From: Felis catus
Taxonomy: Eukaryota
Direction: 5' to 3'
Assembly: GCF_018350175.1 (NCBI RefSeq)
Contig: NC_058382.1
Coordinates: 55,988,001 to 56,052,000, forward strand
DNA: 64,000 nt
Part shown: positions 37,835 through 50,003 of the stretch, in pieces
How the letters are laid out: each line of letters opens with the position of its first letter
How positions within the stretch are numbered: the stretch's first letter is position 1
Translations under genes and position numbers: made by a program
The notes under the pieces: model-generated
Databases searched by the model: none
Told to the model about the DNA's origin: nothing
Seen by the model: only the letters and a program-made list of their open reading frames with translations

Positions 37835-39809
37835 TAAAATGTTCAATATTTAAGTTCTGTCAAGGAAAGGTTTTCTATGTGGCAGCTTGTGAAGGTTGCA
37901 TACTTTAATTTGTCGCTAGGGTAGCTTGTCCAGGAACTTATTGGTTAGGTGTAAAAATACTGCTTCTACAATTAGTTACAGCCCTGACTACTCCCCCCAC
38001 CCCCCCCCAAAAAAAAATGGGAGAAAGAGGAGAAGACTATATGCTTCCATGAAGGGCAAGTGAAAACTTATACCTTTCTGATAGGGAGACAAGTAATGAT
38101 TCATGTATTTGGACCATCTAGTAATAATAGCCATCATTTGTTGATGTCTTACCACAAACCAGGTGCCATGTTTGGTCCTTCCCATGTACTGTCTCCTTTA
38201 ACCTGCCTGGTAACCAACATGATTGGGCACTGTAGATAGGTGAGCAATTCCTTGCCCCAAAAGATCCTGCTCTTGTGAGCTCCTGTTAGAACAGAAAATT
38301 AGCTCATGTTCAGAATGACAGCCAAAACAACTCTCAGCAATGTGCGACCATCCCCTTGCCATTGTTAACATGCTTTCCACACAATCGAATTTGGTTCTGA
38401 TAAGCTTTATGAGGCCAGAGATTTTAGACTTCTCTAACTACTGTAGCCCCACCTATAGCACTTCTTGACACATAACTGCATTGAAGGACTGACCTTTTAT
38501 TTTTCCTTCTTTCCCTGACAAATTCCTGCTCATCCATCAGGAGCCCTTGAATGTTAGCACTCCCTCACCTTGCCAACTCTCTGAGACTCAGCCGTTCTTG
38601 TCCTTGGTTCCCACACAGTTCTTAGTTCATACTGAGGTCAGAATATGCTCATGTTCTACGGTAGTGTCTCCACTTTCCTGTGTTTCATCCTACCTACTCA
38701 GACTCCTCTGAGACAGGGACCACTTCTTACTTCTCTCAGTACCCTTGTAGTTTTGCTCAAGGTCGGCTTGTAGCAGGCACTTTACAGACCCTTGAATAAA
38801 TAACCACAACCACCTTCATTTGTGTCTGAACAGTTTTCTCGATATTTGAAGTACTCCCCAAAACCCCCAAACCCCAAGACCTTTGCCATTTGCTCAGAGG
38901 TTTTCAAAGAATGTTTACCTGAGGATTGGGCAGATTTCACATGCCTGGAAGGAAGGCTTGGAGCAAAAGCAAGGCTGTAGCTCTGAAAGAATTATGTCAA
39001 CGTTTAATTGCAAGAGATAGTTGCATTGCCCGGAGGGCTTCCGGAATAACTTAGCTTTTGGTTTAAAGCTCAATTTCTAGGTAATTGATCAGGTGGAAGC
39101 AGTCTGACTATTGCAGCTTGGAAATGAAAGCTTTGGTAATGCCAGAGCATCTTAAAATGTTACTATCAAACCCTCTTGGGACCGGAAGTCTCTCTGGCAG
39201 GTGTGTGAATGCCTAGGTAGTGGCTTTGCCTTTTGGGCTGTTTGGAGATGATACACTTCTCTGTTGATGACCCTCCAGCCTGGCAAAGGCAAGAAAGACT
39301 GGACCCATTAACAAAGCAATGGTCTGGTGGGTGCAGAGACCCCAGCACTGAGTGCCTAGACCCCAAGGGACATTTTCCTTGTACCAAATGAGAAAAGAAC
39401 TGGATGAAACTAGGGGGGTGGTAAATATTCTCCTGGCACGTTAACCTGGGTCTTCGAACTGCAAGAAAAAAGGGACATCCTCAGATTATCTTAAAGTAAC
39501 AGGAATTCAAGAAATAAGGGCCGTGAGGATCTCAGGGAACTTGGGAAGAGCTGGACATCCAGGCCTCCCAGAGATGGGAAGCTGGTTGACAAAGTGGAGG
39601 GAGAGTTATATTCCCAGCTAGAGCTGTATCTTGGCTCAGAAGACTGTTGATAACATTCTCTTTGCTTTGCTTCTGTGTCTAGTACATGCCTCCTTTCAGC
39701 GGAGCAACCTTTTCACATTTGCCTAAAATTCCTGGGGAGAGTCTGATTGGGCAGAGCTTTTGTAGCATTGGGCAGCCAATAGAAGGGCTGTTCTTAGGTT
39801 ACATGGACA

Positions 39810-39920
39810 CTGTGAGCCAATCAGCAGTGTCCAGAGGTGAGTCATGTGGTACAGAACATGGCTGCTGTGAGCCAGTCAGCATTGTCCAGAGGAGGGATCG
39901 TGTGGTACAGAACATAGCCA
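39810..39920. repeat. 55/56-bp tandem duplication inside an old MaLR-like LTR
   Basis: CTGTGAGCCAATCAGCAGTGTCCAGAGG..TGTGGTACAGAACATGGCTG (39810-39864) repeated with substitutions at 39865-39920. Confidence 0.9.
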
Positions 39921-40199
39921 CCTCTGCTTAAGGAACCACCCAGGGCTCCTTCAGCACGAAGGAATGTAGACTTGTGCACTTCCTTATAAATGGCCTATGA
40001 GCATGTCAGGCATTGGGATAGTTCTGTTTGTCAGTAGATAGAGTCGTGATCAACCCAGTAAGCCTTAACTGATCATTGAAATGTAGGCATGGTAGCCTGG
40101 GATGTGATAATAACCTGAACTGGCACACCCCACTTCTTCTCAGTTCTAATTACTCACGAGTAAATCTGTGAAACTCTTGCTAGCCTTTCCTTAATTGTG

Positions 40200-40688
40200 T
40201 GCAACAGCCCTTTGTTTCTCCTCCAGCTAACCCATTGGCCCACCCAGATTCACCCACATGAATCTACACGAGGTAGACACGAGGTAGACAGTTTGCAGCA
40301 CCTCAGAGGTCTCTGTCTCTCTTCTCTAAGGGCTTTCTCAGCACTGGGAGCTTGCTAAGCAGCAAGCAGGTGAGTTCTGGAAATGAGAAGTTAACTCTGG
40401 GGTCACTCTCAACAGATGGAGGTCCGTGATAAATGTTCCAGCTTCCCCAGCCTCCTAGGAGACAATTTTGTGTCATGTGCTACATGGTTTTACAAAGGGT
40501 TCCCTTTGGGTTTGGGCCCCAGTTGCCCACAGACAGCACGAACCTGATCATTGTAGACACTTTATTTGTATCTCCCTTTTCTGCCTCATTTTTCTACTTG
40601 TGCTTCTTGGGATAATTTCCCAAATATACTAACCTCTGCCAAAGTCCTTGTCTCAGGTTCTGCTTTTGGGGGAACCCAAACTATGACA
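40200..40688 (+). mobile_element. ERVL solo LTR (LTR16-like)
   Basis: GATAAATGTTCCAGCTTCCC..GGGCCCCAGTTGCCCACAG..CCTTGTCTCAGGTTCTGCTTTTGGGGGAACCCAAACTATGACA. Confidence 0.7.
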
Positions 40689-41649
40689 ATGAGATATACC
40701 CATTTCAAGGAAGATCATAAGCTATCTATGTAGGGGCCATGTATTAAGGTGCTCATCGAAATAAAATCTGATCTACACCGAATGTTTTTATAATGCAAAC
40801 AAGCTCATAGGCAATTGATTTGGGGAATAGCAGTAGCATAAAAATTATTTTGGTCTATATGCAGTATTCCCCAGAACACTGATTGCTTGCACCACCAAGA
40901 AGCTTCAGCTAAATGAAAGTGTACTAACAAGCTGAATGCACCAAGCCTCAGATGAATCCGGAATGGTTTATGTGCAGTCCACACAAGTTTCTCCTTTTGA
41001 TTCACTTGGCCAAACATTCCCCCCTTAGAAGTGCTTATTGGGTGATTTCCTTCATCTTGCTGCCTTGTGCCTCTGTTTCCATAATTCAGCAGTCTCAGCC
41101 TTTCCTTACAACCCTTCCATCAAGCTGCACTCACTTTTTCAAAGGTGAAGTCCTGTATTTATTATACTTTTCTTTTAATTAAGAATTTATCATGAAAAAG
41201 GAATCTATCATGTCTTTTCAAACACGCCAATTAAAAAAATCAATTACAACGTTTATCATTTGCATTGATTATGTAGTTACAAATTTGCAAAGAGTGGTCT
41301 GCTCTAACCCTTTCTTTGAAAAAAAACGTTTTATTACACAATTCTCCCAGGCTTGGGCTTTTCCTGGAACGAAAATCTTGTGCTGGGTACCTTTTTCAGG
41401 GCTGTTCCAAGCATAGGAGCGTTTGTGATGGACGTAAGTACACAGCTCATCATTGGTACTTACTAAGCAGGCGAAGGGAAGGTGGACTGTACAACCGGAG
41501 CAGTAACACAGATTTGGAGATAATAGGATTGGCAATGGGCGGCTAGTGTTGTCGTCTGCCTGGCCAGTTCTCAAAAGGGGGAGAGTTGAATTCTTATCTT
41601 CTACTGGGAGGTGGGGAGGGACATTGGGTTTAGAAAGTGGACACATCAT

Positions 41650-41817
41650 GGGGTCCCTGAGTGGCTCATGTCGTAATCTCATAGCAAGTGGGTTTGAGCA
41701 CTGCACAGGGCTTACTGCTGTCAGTGCGGAACCTGCTTTGGATTCTCTGTCCCCCTCTGTCTTTGCCCCTCCCCTGCTCACTCACACTCTCTCTGTCTCA
41801 AAAATAAATATTAAAAA
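41650..41817 (+). mobile_element. Can-SINE with a deletion in the head region
   Basis: GGGGTCCCTGAGTGGCTCA joined directly to TGTCGTAATCTC; flanked by CACATCATG repeats. Confidence 0.85.
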
Positions 41818-41883
41818 AAAGTCACATCATGATCATTTGATATACTTACTGTCAATGAATCCAGTGCAAGATTCAGTATTGTT

Positions 41884-42089
41884 GGGTGCCTGGGTGGCTC
41901 AGTCGGTAAAGCATCTGACTTCAGCTCAGGTCATGGTCTCGCGGTTTGTGAGTTCGAGCCCCGCGTCGGGCTCCGTGCTGACAGCTCAGAGCCTGGAGCC
42001 TGCTTCGGATTCTGTGTCTCCCTCTCTCTCTGCCCCTCCCCTGCTCGCAACTGTCTCTCTGTCTCTCAAAAATAAACATTAAAAAAAAA
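41884..42089 (+). mobile_element. Can-SINE (left member of composite unit)
   Basis: Full-length copy; no TSD match immediately after its tail. Confidence 0.95.
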
Positions 42090-42263
42090 CTTTCAAGCTT
42101 ATTTTTAGCCACAGAAAGCTTACAAGGAAGTCCAATTGATAAAACAGACTGGATGAATATTTTTAGAGACATAATAAAGATGCTAAAAAAAAAAACCTTG
42201 TCAAATTAAAAGTAAGACAACAATAAGAAACGGGGGGGGAAAATGTATAAAAATCCAGAAGGA

Positions 42264-42487
42264 GGGGCGCCTGGGTGGCTCAGTCGGTTGAGTGTCCGAG
42301 TTCAGCTCAGGTCATGATCTACCAGTTTGTGAGTTCAAGCCCCACGTCCGGCTCTGTGCTGACAGCTCGGAGCCTGGAGCCTGCTTCGGATTCTGTGTCT
42401 CCCTCGCTCTCTGCCCCTCCCCCACTCATGCTCGCTCTCTCTCTCTCTCTCTCTCAAAATAAATAAACATTCAAAAAATTTTAAAAA
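42264..42487 (+). mobile_element. Can-SINE (right member of composite unit)
   Basis: Full-length copy; its 3' flank matches the 5' flank of the SINE at 41884 rather than its own. Confidence 0.95.
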
Positions 42488-42840
42488 ATGATTCACTATT
42501 GCTTAATGATTTTATACAATATAGACAGAAGTGGAAAAAATATTTTTATCATGGTGTCATAACCTCTTATTTTAAGTGATTCATATTTGGGATTCTATTT
42601 ATAGAAATGTGTCAGGTTTTACAGTATTTATTATCTCCGCTGGATGCTGAGAACCATCCTAGCAGGGAACATACATTATTTCTGTCTGACTTGCAACCTG
42701 TAGGACAAACGCTCAAATTGTCATTTCTCAGATGAGAATACTGAGGAACAGTGTTTTGGGAGGCTAGCCAATGTCTGGTGTTCAGAATCAGCAGTGTCTG
42801 AACTCAGCTTCCGTATTCCTTCCGCCCAGGACCACTTCTT

Positions 42841-42933
42841 TTTTTCTTTTAATACGAAATTTACTGTCAAATTCGTTTCCACACAACGCCCAGTGCTCAT
42901 CCCAACAGGTGCCCTCCTCAATGCCCATCACCC
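42841..42933 (-). mobile_element. Severely 5'-truncated felid L1 3' end (about 93 bp)
   Basis: AAATTTACTGTCAAATTCGTTTCCACACAACGCCCAGTGCTCATCCCAACAGGTGCCCTCCTCAATGCCCATCACC, homologous to about 25425-25498; TSD GGACCACTTCTT / GGACTGCTTCTT. Confidence 0.9.
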
Positions 42934-43300
42934 CAGGGGACTGCTTCTTGATAAATTATCTGGGGTCAGTTGCTTTCAGCACATGGCATCACATTACGAA
43001 AACACTGGGTAAGCTTACGAGAAGGTAAGAGCAAACTGGGGGTTAGCGATTATGATTTAGGCATGATGAAAAGCCATGCAAACTTCCAGAAAGTATTTTA
43101 TTCTTTACTCGTTTCCTATGTCAACAACTTCCATTTGTTCAAGTTAGCATTTCTCCATGCTGCATTGTCAGGAGCAGAATGTGACATATTTTCGAGGGGC
43201 GGCGGGCAAATAAGAATGGTTCAGAGCTGTGAAATTTGGAGTGATGCCTAAAATTTTTTCCCCTTGCTTTATCTGATAATATATCTGATTACATATCAGA

Positions 43301-43364
43301 TACACACACACACACACACACACACATACACACTATATATACACACTATACACACACACACACA
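43301..43364. repeat. Compound (CA)n/(TA)n microsatellite
   Basis: Seen directly. Confidence 0.9.
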
Positions 43365-44489
43365 ATATTTTTAGATTACAGAAAAAGTGCCTTGTGTTGA
43401 CACTGAGTTCTCACAGGTGAGATGACCCATCATGCATTAAAGGCACAAAAGCTAAAAGGCAGAGAAATGGCAATTTAAACACTTGACAGGATCACTGAAT
43501 TTTTTACAGAGTTTGTTGAGGGAGCTTGCAAAGTGAAATCTCAAGTCAGCAGCATGAAGGGAAGCAGCAGCACATGGGTGAACCGATGTGTCCCCTTCTA
43601 TCCCCCAGTGACCTTCACTTTGGCCTTCACCCACACTGCTTTACTTTCTCCCAGGATGCAATTTGGGGATTGGATGCAATGATTACTAATGTTCTCTTTC
43701 TTTCTCCTCCGAAGATACTAAAATTCTCAAGATTTCTTAGTTCTGTACCATTAAAATTGATTACCTCTAAATTGTTATCTACATTTCATAAAAGAGAAAT
43801 TATTCAGGCTTGTACTTTTTGGCACAAAATTTACCCATGACTTTTCTAAAATATTATCTCTTAATGCACACAGTTCTCAAGCACTGTTAGAGCTACCACA
43901 GAGTATTAATAGAATATATATGTGAGAGGATGTTATTTAATAAACCCTTAAGTCAGTAATTCTAATCACTCCAACCAACTTTAACTTTCCACTCATTAGA
44001 AGCCAAACTCTCAGCTTTGCTGCTTCTATCTGCGGCTCCCTCTGTCTTGGGCTCTCAGTGATGGCCATGCTCCTGCTTGGGTCACTGCTTCCATGCAGGC
44101 TGGACTTGGGAGAGAGATTCCCTGGAAAGCCTTGGGGGCTCAAAGTAAAGACCTGCTATGTTGGAGGGAGAGGGAGGGGGCTGCATGCTCTGTATCTGTT
44201 TATAAATGTCTTTCTAATCAGCAGGCTCTCGCTCTTGGGGATGCCCTGGGTGGTTTGGGTGGGCACTGTCTTCATTATCCAGCCATTGTTGTGGAGTGAT
44301 GAAAGTGGCTTAATGACTTTTTCAGGAAAAATAATTGTCTCCCGTGCTCTCTGGTGGTACACAAACTGCTCTAAGATAGGAAGTACAAAGCAGGACCTCC
44401 CTGGCGCTACTCTGTGAAAAATAGCCAGCACCTTGACACTTGCAGATTTTATTTAAACACACGAATATGGGATTTCAGCTTCCCTAGAC

Positions 44490-44890
44490 TCCTTGCTAGT
44501 CCTAGAGCACACAAGGCTCCAGTTCACCACAGGGCCTTTCCACGTGCTGTTCTGACTGCTCGGAATGCACCCCCTTCATATCCTCCTGGCTTGTTCCTCC
44601 TTTTAATTAGTGTTTGCCAAAATGTCCCCTGTGTACAGAGGTCATCTGGTATCAACTGGCCTAGCCCTTCTGTCTCCTGTCATTCTCTGGCTCCTTCCCA
44701 TGCTTTGCTTTTCCCCAGGGCATAGCACATTCTGACATAGTAAATTTGTGAAAGTTGTTTATTTTCCAGCTCCTCCTCTAGAATGCATGCCCCATGAGTG
44801 CTGGCTCTTTACCCATTTTGGTCCCTGTTTCATCCCGAGCCCTAGGAGGATGTACTGAGCATCCGCAACAATTTGCTGAACGAATGGAAG
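44490..44890 (+). mobile_element. L2 LINE 3' region
   Basis: CAGGGCCTTTCCACGTGCTGTT..CTAGAATGCATGCCCCATGAG..CAACAATTTGCTGAACGAATG. Confidence 0.7.
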
Positions 44891-44976
44891 ACTGAAAGGG
44901 TACACACAGCTATCCAAGCTACTGCACCAACAATTTAAGTCAAAAGACAATCTTTTTTTCTGAAAAATGCACAGTG

Positions 44977-45163
44977 TCAGTCGGCTAAGTGTCTCACTTC
45001 GGCTCAGGTCATGATCTCACAGTTTATGAGTTCAAGCACTGCACTGGGCTCCATGCTGACAGTGCAGAGGCTGCTTCAGATCCTCTGTCTCCCTCTCTTT
45101 CTGCCCCTCCCCTGCTTGCATGCTCTCTCTTTCTCCCAAAAAGCAAAAATAAACATGAAAAAA
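44977..45163 (+). mobile_element. 5'-truncated Can-SINE
   Basis: Starts at TCAGTCGGCTAAG; CT tract and A tail present. Confidence 0.85.
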
Positions 45164-45316
45164 AGTGTCTGCACATGTTTGGCATTTAATACATACTTAT
45201 TGAAAAAATAAAAACACTTTAATTCATGGCCATCCATTTGATATACAAACGAGCCCCTAAGTTTTAAAATGAAAGGGGTAGAGAGGTAAGACTATGGTAT
45301 TGAAAACCAAATAGTT

Positions 45317-45533
45317 GGGGCGCCTGGGTGGCGCAGTGGGTTAAGCGTCCGACTTCAGTCAGGTCACGATCTCGCGGTCCGGGAGTTCGAGCCCTGCGTC
45401 GGGCTCTGGGCTGATGGCTCAGAGCCTGGAGCCTGTTTCCGATTCTGTGTCTCCCTCTCTCTCTGCCCCTCCCCTGTTCATGCTCTGTTTCTCTCTGTCC
45501 CAAAAATAAATAAACGTTGGAAAAAAAAAAAAA
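45317..45533 (+). mobile_element. Felid Can-SINE, young subfamily
   Basis: GGTGGCGCAG variant, CpG-rich, A13 tail; perfect TSD GAAAACCAAATAGTT (45302-45316 / 45534-45548). Confidence 0.96.
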
Positions 45534-47275
45534 GAAAACCAAATAGTTGACAGCCGAGTTCAATTTCTAGATGCCCTAATTCTGAGGCCCATGACAATGG
45601 AAAAGCTGCAGTCATGTGCTGCCTGTTTCCTCAACTGTAAATGAGGGATAACTATTCTAACAGCAATAATAATAATAACAATACAAATCGTACCTATTTG
45701 TCAGTCTTCATTGAGGATTAGGTGAGATCATGACTGAAAAGCGTAAGAAGTATACCAGCCGGAGTCTGGGTAGTAGTAAAATTTCTATGTATTATGCATA
45801 TTTTAAAACAAATGCATGTCTGGAACGAGGCCCTCCTCTGGCTCTGACCTGCTAGAAAGGTTCTGATTCTGTCTGTATGGGTTCTTTTCCTCCCCCACCC
45901 TCCAAAGACAAGACTGGAAGGAAAAGTGGAAGGAGAAGGCTCAAATCAAATCTGGAAACTGGACTACAAATTTGGGGGTGCAGGGGAAGCAGATGTGAGA
46001 GCAGAGGGGGCATTTTGAGACCCAGTTTGCCTCCTTTACAGGGTTAAAAACTACAAGGTACAGTTTGTATCCATTTATTTCATGGATGTATCTGAGGTCA
46101 TAGCATGGGACCCAGAACATAGCAGGTGCTCAGTAAATGTGTGTTGGTTAAGGAATGAAAGACATGTATCATTTTGGAGTGAATTTTGGTTACAGATTTG
46201 TGCCCCCTTATCCCAGGAGGCTGAACTAAGTTTATCATCACTTCATTAATTCTTCATTCATTTCTTCATGGATTCACCTCACCTCCACATAGTTTGTGGA
46301 TGTATCAGGCCAAATTGAATGCCATCGTTTCTTTCGATTTTCAAGAGACTAGTATTTGGGTCCTTTGATCTGCAGTGAAGTTCTTCACAATTCTGTCAGC
46401 TAAACGCCTCGAGTTGAGGTCCCAATTACTGACACTATACACCCCTCCAGAACCATAAGGGTTTCCTTGTAAAGATACTGCCACTTTGCATCTTGTGAAA
46501 AACCCCCTCATCTTTAGCTCAATTCAACAAGTTTCCATTGAGTGCCCAGCTCTGAAAGTATTAAATGGAAATTGATTCCCTACTCCTTCAATTTTAACCG
46601 TCAAAATCATAGACTGTATTGTTTCTGCCTGAAAACCCACCACATCTCCCTGCTGATTACCCCCGTTGCTCCTACCCAGTGCGGGCACTGTCTCATACCA
46701 GTATCAATGGGGAATCTATATTGTGAGTGGCATTTGTTATGAGAAAATCGTGTGGCATAAAAAGAATAATTACCTTCATAAGCATGTAATTTTTTATACT
46801 ATGAGAGTCTCATTGGAAAGGTATTCTTAGGGAGGCATAATTGCTAATTCTGGTGTTAAACATACCTCTGAGGAGTATTTCATAGGCTAACTCTCTCAGT
46901 GTCCTCTCTTCCCGTGGACCAGAGGAGAGAATGGGAAGGAAACAAGCTTGCACTGAGTGTCTACTCGGGGCCAGGCCCTGTGGGTTCCCAGGCATGGGTT
47001 TCTCCTTGTAATGACTTGAGAATTACATGGAATTATCCTCATCCTGAAAGAGGACAGATTCTCCCAGGGATTAAATAGCGTGTAATAAAATCGCCTCCTT
47101 ACAGTTGTGGAAAATCAGGATATAAGACCACGCTTCCTAGGGGAATACATGGTGACTCTGTATCCTACAGTGGTGTTTTGTTTTTAACCAATTTTAAGGA
47201 ATGAGGTGTCTCCAAGAGCTTCCTGTTGCTCACCACCACACTTGATGGTCTGAAAGACTACCATTAAAGTTGGTC

Positions 47276-47307
<32 letters not shown>

Positions 47308-47494
47308 ATTTTGGAAGAGAGAGCATGCATGCTCATGGGAGGGGCAGAGAGAGGGGGACAAAGAGAATCCCAAGCAGTCTCTGCACTGTCAGTGTGGAGC
47401 CCAATTCGGGGCTCGAACTCATGAACGGTGAGATCATAACCTGAGCCAAAATCAAGAATCAGACGCTTAACCAATGGAGTCACCCAGGCACTCC
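47276..47494 (-). mobile_element. Can-SINE with a long homopolymer tail
   Basis: T-run 47276-47303, then reverse SINE body ending CACCCAGGCACTCC. Confidence 0.92.
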
Positions 47495-47589
47495 TAAAAT
47501 CACTCTTGTCACACAGGGCAGGAGGCTTCTTTAGGCTTTTGCTAAACTGTTTTGTGCTATTTGGAATGTCTAGTATAACCTCTTTTTCC

Positions 47590-47756
47590 TATGTTTATTT
47601 ATTTATTTTGAGAGAGAGCAGGCGAGGGAGGGGCAGAGAGAGAGTGAGAATCCCAAGCGGGCTCTGAGCTGGGCTCAAACCCACGAACTGTGAGATCATA
47701 ACCTGAGCCGAGATCAAGAGTTGGTTGCTTAACTGACTGAGCCACCCAGGTGCCCC
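47590..47756 (-). mobile_element. Can-SINE with internal deletion
   Basis: Ends GCCACCCAGGTGCCCC; TSD-like TAGTATAACCTCTTTTTCC / TAGTGTAAACCTCTTTTCC. Confidence 0.9.
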
Positions 47757-48484
47757 TAGTGTAAACCTCTTTTCCAGTCAAGGAAAATTTGTAGAAATTA
47801 GGTCAAGATGCACTAAGAATAATTTGCAAAACCCATAAATCCAAAACTCCAAAAACCCAGAAGTCCAAAGCTGATATGTCTAACACCAAGTTGAGAACGT
47901 TTTGGAGAGAGTGAAACTCTCTCCTCAACTCTGGATGGAATTGGGATCCCATCTGAGATTAAGAATATATTGCCCTGCCCAGGGTAACTACAGACTGTTA
48001 CAACAAAGACCAAAGATGCTCCCTGGATCCTGGAGCATATAGTCGAGGGTCCAAATCCTGGTTCTGCCAGTTGCTATCTGTGTCCCCAATATATGCCTAC
48101 CTAAGCCTGGGTTTGAACCTCAGCTCTACAACCTTCTGCCTGATTCGCTTTGGGCAAGTCAGTCAATCTTTTGAGGCTTAGTCTCTTCCTCAAAAAAGTG
48201 GGGATGTTAATACCTCTCTTTTAGGGTTGTTGTCGAATTAAATGGGACGGTTAGCCCGGAGGTTGACACAAAGACAGCAGCTAATATGTGCCAGTAATAG
48301 TAACAGCCGTCATTGTTACTGGTCTTTACTGCATATCATTATCTAATACATTCCAATAAATCTGACTAAATCTCTGAAAAATTGCTTTCTTCCCAGCATT
48401 CCTCAATGCAAAATGCAGGGGGTTTTTTGACAGTAAAATGTAATATTTACCTTAACTTCAAGGCTCATCTGTGCCCCACACGCA

Positions 48485-49065
48485 ATTTTTTTCTTAAAAA
48501 AGCAACATTTTATCATCAAAATCTTCAAAGCAAAGATAAGTTGAATTTTGCAGTGGGCACATGTGCACTCACCACCTAGATTCTACCATTGACATTTTTA
48601 CCACTTTTCTGCCTGTCACTCCCTCTATCCGTCCATTAATCCAGTCTATATTTTCCATTTGATGCATTTGAAAGTAAAGTGCGGTATAATTTCTCCCTAA
48701 ACATTCCATTATGCATATTATTAACTAAAGTTCAACATTTATGTATAGTTTTTTTTCTCTCTTGATGTACGTGCAGTGAGATGCATAAATCTGAAATGCG
48801 TGTTCTCCAAGTTTTAACAAACACACACCTGTATATAATCCAAACCTTGTCAAGATATAGAAAATTCCCATTATCTTAGAAAGGTCCCTCAAGTCTCTCC
48901 CAGCCAAATTTGACCTGCTACCACTCCAAAAGCAAACACTGCTCTGTTTTCTACCATGAAATTAGTTTTGTCTGTTCTAGAACTTGGTATGAGTAGAATC
49001 ACAAACCATGGACTCTTCTGTAAGCTTTCTTCACTCAACATGTTTTGAAGATTCACACATGTCGA
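48485..49065 (-). mobile_element. Ancient L1 (L1ME-like) 3' fragment
   Basis: CACCACCTAGATTCTACCATT..GATGCATTTGAAAGTAAA..TCAAGATATAGAAAATTCCCATTA..TTAGTTTTGTCTGTTCTAGAACTT..CTTCACTCAACATG. Confidence 0.7.
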
Positions 49066-49887
49066 AATGTTTGTATTCCTGCAGGCTAGAATCTTTGCAC
49101 TCATACCTTGCCTTGATGTGAAACTAAAATTCCTTGTGCCAAGCACACTTGAATCCCCTCATGCTTGGCCTTTGACTTTTCCAGATCAGTGCCTTTGCTC
49201 GCACTCTCCCTGTCCACCAGGCCCTGGATTCTACCTGTTCACTTATTGCCTTTCCTTCAGGGCTCAGCTCCAATCCAGCGCTTGCCTGCAATCCTGGCGA
49301 GTTTCTGCCTGAGCTCTTTCTTTCTCCTTTGGTCATTGAATTGTTGGCACGTTAATTGCTGCTGTTGCTGTTGGTAATCATGGACTGGGGGAAAATAAGG
49401 AAGGGGGAGGCTGTCACACAGGGGTTCATGTTCTAGCATGGGTTCCCAGGATGGGGCACTCTTCACTTACAAGAGCCAAAAGAAGTTAAACCAGAGTGAT
49501 GATTGCAAGACTCTAAAGAGAAAAGGAGTGAGGAGAGAAGGAGGGGAAGTCAAGGAGATCAGCTCTGTCAGAGTAGTGAGTGTGAGATGGGTTGAGGCTT
49601 CTGCTTCAGGAAGGAGACAAGGGAAGCTATCAGGATTGTAATTGCTTTCTCAGGGAAGTTGGCTAAATTTTACTGAGGAACTAGGTTGATTTTCCTTGTG
49701 AGTGGTGAGAATGCTCGTCTTTGCTACACAATCATGCAACATAGGTCTTATTTTCTCAAGTAAACTGCAAGGTAGTCTCTTATTATTGACCAAGACAGTT
49801 TTATAAGATGTTTATTTTGTTGACTATAGTGACCTGCATGTGGGAGACCTCGATAGATACCTACTGATTGCAAATGATGCCCCTTAC

Positions 49888-50003
49888 CTGGTCAGTCATT
49901 CTTGCAATTAGTGTTATTGATATTTGGGGGGCTCTACTTAGTGTGTATTTGACTGAATTGATCATTTCGGCCACGGTAGGCTTGCAGCAGTTATATCTGT
50001 CAT
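49888..50003 (-). other. Candidate 116-nt internal exon of an unidentified minus-strand transcript
   Basis: Acceptor CTCCCATTCCTTCACACAG| and donor CCAG|GTAAGG; one open frame; TE-free context. Splice-signal evidence only. Confidence 0.3.

Noticed and set aside
41546..42082. Longest ORF in the track (178 aa)
   Set aside because: It runs through two Can-SINEs; GAWVAQSVK..LEPASDSVSPSLSAPP is translated SINE, as in many other ORFs here.
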